Under the pieces are notes generated by a model. It was not told the DNA's origin. It made no database searches and saw only the letters and a program-made list of their open reading frames with translations. This document shows positions 28,760 to 32,000 of a stretch of DNA of 32,000 nt, in pieces. Positions within the stretch are counted from its first letter, which is position 1. Each line of letters begins with the position of its first letter. Source of the DNA: Synechococcus elongatus PCC 6301. GTDB lineage: Bacteria > Cyanobacteriota > Cyanobacteriia > Synechococcales > Synechococcaceae. The DNA lies in NCBI RefSeq assembly GCF_000010065.1, contig NC_006576.1, forward strand, positions 720,001-752,000. The letters run 5' to 3'. The position numbers were made by a program, and so were the translations under genes.

Positions 28760-28979
28760 ATTGCCACGCGTCTCAAGCCGAGAGGTGATTCGGGCACTGG
28801 AACGTTTAGGGTTTGTATTGATTCGACAGACAGGTAGTCATGTCGTGCTGAAGAAAGTCACAGCAGAAGGTGAAATTGGCTGTGTTGTTCCTGTCCATCG
28901 AGAGTTAAAAGTCGGCACTCTAAATAGCATCCTAAAACAGGCAAAAGTGACCATTGAGGATTTCATTGATAACCTGTAA
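28752..28979 (+). CDS. hicA: HicA-family mRNA interferase toxin
   Basis: LPRVSSREVIRALERLGFVLIRQTGSHVVLKK...VVPVHRELKVGTLNSILKQAKVTIEDF is the YcfA/HicA signature, including GSH. It overlaps hicB by 8 nt. Confidence 0.88.
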   Translation: MPKLPRVSSREVIRALERLGFVLIRQTGSHVVLKKVTAEGEIGCVVPVHRELKVGTLNSILKQAKVTIEDFIDNL

Positions 28980-29012
28980 ACAAAAAAATAATCTGTATAG
29001 CGATGAGTCTAC

Positions 29013-29603
29013 TCAGAAGCGGAGACAAGGTAGCCACTGGGCGATCGCTTCTGGAGATAGTTGTAGCCGTCGCTGAAAATCAGCGATATCTCGATAGGGA
29101 CCGCGCAGCAAACGCTGATGAATAATCTCACGGGCGATCGCTTCATTCACCCCTGGTAGAGTCTCTAGAATTTCAGGATATTTGGCTCGATTCACCCAAC
29201 AAGGAACGATCGCAACTTCAGGTTCTGCTTCGTAATAGCGAAACACCAGAATCGGCGCGATCGCTTGTAATTGGCTAACGTCTAATCCCAAGGCCTGAGC
29301 CACATCGTCCAGATCCGCAAAGAAGAAGCCTTGCTGCCGTAGCTGCACCAAAGTTGTTGTTTGCCTAGGTGTAATCTCAGGTAGCCTTAGCCAGTCTTCA
29401 GCAGCCGCACAGTTAACATCTAACCGCAGACCTAAACTCGCGGCCACTTCCACTTCCAGCGCATTCTGAAAGCGATAATTCGGGTTTTGCTGCAAGCGTT
29501 GCTGCAGGATTTGTTGCAGTTGTCGCCAAGCCGGAGAAGGGCGATCGCGCTGACTGGTCGCCCACTGTTGCAGGGGTTTGAACCAAGCTGCGATCGCCTC
29601 CAT
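29013..29603 (-). CDS. helix-hairpin-helix (ComEA-like) domain protein
   Basis: Two HhH-like segments: DWLRLPEITPRQTTTLVQLRQQGFFFADLDDVAQALGL and LETLPGVNEAIAREIIHQRLLRGPYRDIADFQRRLQLS. It starts 8 nt downstream of the ABC1 kinase stop. Confidence 0.6.
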   Translation of the reverse strand: MEAIAAWFKPLQQWATSQRDRPSPAWRQLQQILQQRLQQNPNYRFQNALEVEVAASLGLRLDVNCAAAEDWLRLPEITPRQTTTLVQLRQQGFFFADLDDVAQALGLDVSQLQAIAPILVFRYYEAEPEVAIVPCWVNRAKYPEILETLPGVNEAIAREIIHQRLLRGPYRDIADFQRRLQLSPEAIAQWLPCLRF

Positions 29604-29611
29604 AGTTACTC

Positions 29612-31360
29612 CTAGTTGTTGCTAACGTTCCCCATCCGTTCACTGCGGCGCAGACGCAATTGTGTCCGAATCAAAAGTCCCAACGGAATCAATCCCAAAC
29701 CAAACGGCGCGATCGCCAGTAGAGGTAAGGCACTCAAACTCACAATCGCTGAGCCAATCCACAGGGCTGCAGTCAGAATCGCCCAAGTCTGGCTCTGCTG
29801 CGTCAGCAGGAGGCGACGTAGGAGGCGATCGCTTTCGCTGGCACGGACACGCACGCGCAAATCGCCCTGCTCTAACTTGTCCAGCGTGTCATCCAAGCGG
29901 CGCGGCAGCCCCAAGGCTGAGTTGCCCACCGCAAGCGCTTGGCGACTGAACTCATTCAACAAACCAGCAGGATTCGGAGTGGCGTCAGACATAATCTCAA
30001 GGGCGTAGGGTTTGGCAACCGTCATGAAATTGAAATCGGGATCCAAGCCTTTGCCAACCCCTTCCAGGGTCGAAAACGCTCGCATCACAAAGGTAAAGGT
30101 AGCGGGAAAGCGAAACGGCTGGTCGTAGGCAATCTCGTAAATATCGTCGCTAATCGCACTGATCGACTGGCCTTCAAAGGGGCGATCGAGGAAGTTATCG
30201 AGCAGATATTGCACCGATCGCCGCACAGGGCCGAGATCGCCTGTGGGCAAAAGCGCTCCCAGTTCGACTAGGGCACTGACGATATCATCAGCATCTTTGC
30301 GGGCAATGCCTAAGAAGACCTGCATCAACTTACTGCGGACATCAGTGCGAATCTCGCCCATCATGCCGAAGTCGTAGAAAATCAGGCGACCCGTCGGACT
30401 AACCGCCAAGTTGCCCGGATGCGGATCAGCATGGAAGAAGCCGTGATTGAGCACTTGGCGTAGGTAGGCTTCGGCGTTGAGCTGCGAAATTTTCTGGCGA
30501 TCGAGGTTGGCCGCTTCCAGCGCCGTGTAGTCACTGATTTTGATGCCGGGCAGATATTCCAGCGTCAGCACCCTCGGACTGGCATAGCGCCAATAGACTC
30601 GCGGCACCAGCAACCAGTCGCAGTCGCGAAAATCACGCCGAAAGCGATCGGCATTGCGACCCTCGCGCAGGTAGTCGGTCTCTTGCCAAAGGATTCGGCA
30701 GCATTCTTCGTAAATGCCCACCCAATCGCGCCCTTGGCCCCAGCGGCGATGGCGCTGAAAGTATTCAGCAATGCCCCGCAGAATCGCCAAATCGACGGTA
30801 AACAGTTGCTGGAGGCCGGGGCGTTGCACCTTGACCACCACGGCTTCGCCGGTCTTCAGACGGGCGCGGTGAACTTGGCCTAGGCTGGCGGCCGCGAGAG
30901 GAACCGGATCAAAGTCACTGAACAGTTCTTCAGGACTCGCCCCCAATTCATTGCTCAGGATCTGTTGAACCTGCTCTAGATCAAAGGCTGGGACTTGATC
31001 CTGCAGCTTCGAGAGTTCTTCGACATACTCGGCTGGAAATAGATCGGCCCGCGTTGAAAAGAGCTGCCCAACTTTAATAAAGGTTGGCCCCAGATCCAGA
31101 CAGGTTTCGCGGATCCAACTCGCTAATTTGCGGCGGCGTTGGTTTTGGCGATCGCTACTGAATCCTCCGAAATACGTCCAAGGTCGCTGAATCAGCCACA
31201 GTCGAAAACTAAGCAGCAGCACAAACCGCCAGATATCGGCACTGCGCTGCCAGCGTGGATAGCGTCGCCGATCCCAGCGATAGCGACGACGGGGTGGCTG
31301 GGGCGGCGAGGGAGCCGCTGCGATCGCGGCTGACTCAACAGAGAGAGCAGTCACAGCCAC
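29612..31360 (-). CDS. ABC1/UbiB (AarF) atypical kinase family protein with C-terminal membrane segments
   Basis: LGPTFIKVGQLFSTRADLFP, AAASLGQVHRARL..GEAVVVKVQRPG, FFHADPHPGNL and LIFYDFGMMG, plus C-terminal hydrophobic spans. The predicted GTG start directly abuts the upstream stop. Confidence 0.9.
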   Translation of the reverse strand: MAVTALSVESAAIAAAPSPPQPPRRRYRWDRRRYPRWQRSADIWRFVLLLSFRLWLIQRPWTYFGGFSSDRQNQRRRKLASWIRETCLDLGPTFIKVGQLFSTRADLFPAEYVEELSKLQDQVPAFDLEQVQQILSNELGASPEELFSDFDPVPLAAASLGQVHRARLKTGEAVVVKVQRPGLQQLFTVDLAILRGIAEYFQRHRRWGQGRDWVGIYEECCRILWQETDYLREGRNADRFRRDFRDCDWLLVPRVYWRYASPRVLTLEYLPGIKISDYTALEAANLDRQKISQLNAEAYLRQVLNHGFFHADPHPGNLAVSPTGRLIFYDFGMMGEIRTDVRSKLMQVFLGIARKDADDIVSALVELGALLPTGDLGPVRRSVQYLLDNFLDRPFEGQSISAISDDIYEIAYDQPFRFPATFTFVMRAFSTLEGVGKGLDPDFNFMTVAKPYALEIMSDATPNPAGLLNEFSRQALAVGNSALGLPRRLDDTLDKLEQGDLRVRVRASESDRLLRRLLLTQQSQTWAILTAALWIGSAIVSLSALPLLAIAPFGLGLIPLGLLIRTQLRLRRSERMGNVSNN

Positions 31361-31690
31361 CTAGTCTGAAAGAGATTGGCGATACTGCTGCAGCGCAAAC
31401 CGGGTTGCAGCAATTTCCGCTCGTAGGTCATCCAACAGGGCTTGCAGATCCACATCCGTCGGACGGCTCGGTGCTGGCTCCTGCTCCAGATCCGTCTCGG
31501 CTTGCTGAATCACTTCCTGCACGAACTGCTGCAGCGTTTGCCGGTATTCTGCTTCCCAAATGCCGAAATCACTGAGGCGATCGGCAACCACTTCGCCCGA
31601 GGGCGCGCTGAAATTCACGGACGAGCGATCGCCCCAAGAAAAAGGCTTCCCGGCTGGGATCAGACGGAGCAGACAAGATAGCGTTAACAA
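31361..31690 (-). CDS. hypothetical protein
   Basis: 109-aa ORF with a TTG start (uncertain). Its stop codon directly abuts the ABC1 kinase start. It has an acidic, helical-looking C-terminal half. Confidence 0.4.
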   Translation of the reverse strand: MLTLSCLLRLIPAGKPFSWGDRSSVNFSAPSGEVVADRLSDFGIWEAEYRQTLQQFVQEVIQQAETDLEQEPAPSRPTDVDLQALLDDLRAEIAATRFALQQYRQSLSD

Positions 31691-31744
31691 ACGGCAACAG
31701 GGGCCATTATAACGATCGCCACTCGTCTGGCTCTGCTGCGATCA

Positions 31745-32000
31745 CTACTGGAGCGGCGGTGCAGTGGGGGTTGGAGCGACTGGCTCGGGTGCGGAGGGCG
31801 CGATCGGTTCGGGTGCGGGAGACGGTGTCGGTGCAACCAAGCTAGGCTCTGTAGCGCTCTCGGTGGATGGAGCCGCCCAAGCTGGTGGTTGCTCGCTCAG
31901 GCTATCTGTGGCGGCCGCGTCGGGAAACTCTTGGCTCGGCATGGGCATGACCGGCAGATCGGGTGCGATCGCTGTTGAGGGCTGGCTAGACCACTCGTCA
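31745..32000 (-). CDS. 3' end of a CDS with a Pro/Ala-rich C-terminal tail; 5' part is outside the window
   Basis: By hand translation the minus-strand frame stays open upstream of the track's Met (31946-31948) to the window edge (...DEWSSQPSTAIAPDLPVMPMPSQ...). The tail reads PSPAPEPIAPSAPEPVAPTPTAPPLQ. Confidence 0.4.
   Translation of the reverse strand, partial: DEWSSQPSTAIAPDLPVMPMPSQEFPDAAATDSLSEQPPAWAAPSTESATEPSLVAPTPSPAPEPIAPSAPEPVAPTPTAPPLQ

Overview
Cyanobacterial chromosomal segment. The HIP1 octamer GCGATCGC occurs about once per 200-300 bp where I counted by hand. G+C content and gene order match what I remember of Synechococcus elongatus PCC 7942/6301; this is unverified. Most of the window is core housekeeping. 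It starts with the first ~4.1 kb of ferredoxin-dependent glutamate synthase on the minus strand. That gene runs off the left edge and is missing from the ORF track because it has no stop in the window. Next come a secreted phosphodiester-glycosidase-like protein with an overlapping small cupin, and the str operon rpsL-rpsG-fusA-tufA-rpsJ with a strong terminator. These are followed by a Lon-N-domain protein, pheA, a small conserved hypothetical, and a minus-strand block of fused radical-SAM gene, long leader, rne and rnhB. Then come alaS, a small membrane protein tightly coupled to an SNF2-family helicase, an HhH/ComEA-like protein, an ABC1 kinase and two small ORFs. The accessory part is 26.5-29.0 kb. 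It holds a ~1.45 kb AT-rich, HIP1-free islet with a single 362-aa ORF. By motif memory its N-terminus is a DUF4062-type (TIR / nucleoside-deoxyribosyltransferase-like) domain, followed by a coiled coil and a winged-helix-like C-terminus, and a repeated palindromic motif overlaps its candidate promoter. Next to it lie a GIY-YIG-type nuclease gene and an antitoxin-first hicBA pair. I consider the DUF4062 ORF the best candidate for an uncharacterised single-gene conflict or defence module. The evidence is compositional and motif-based only.
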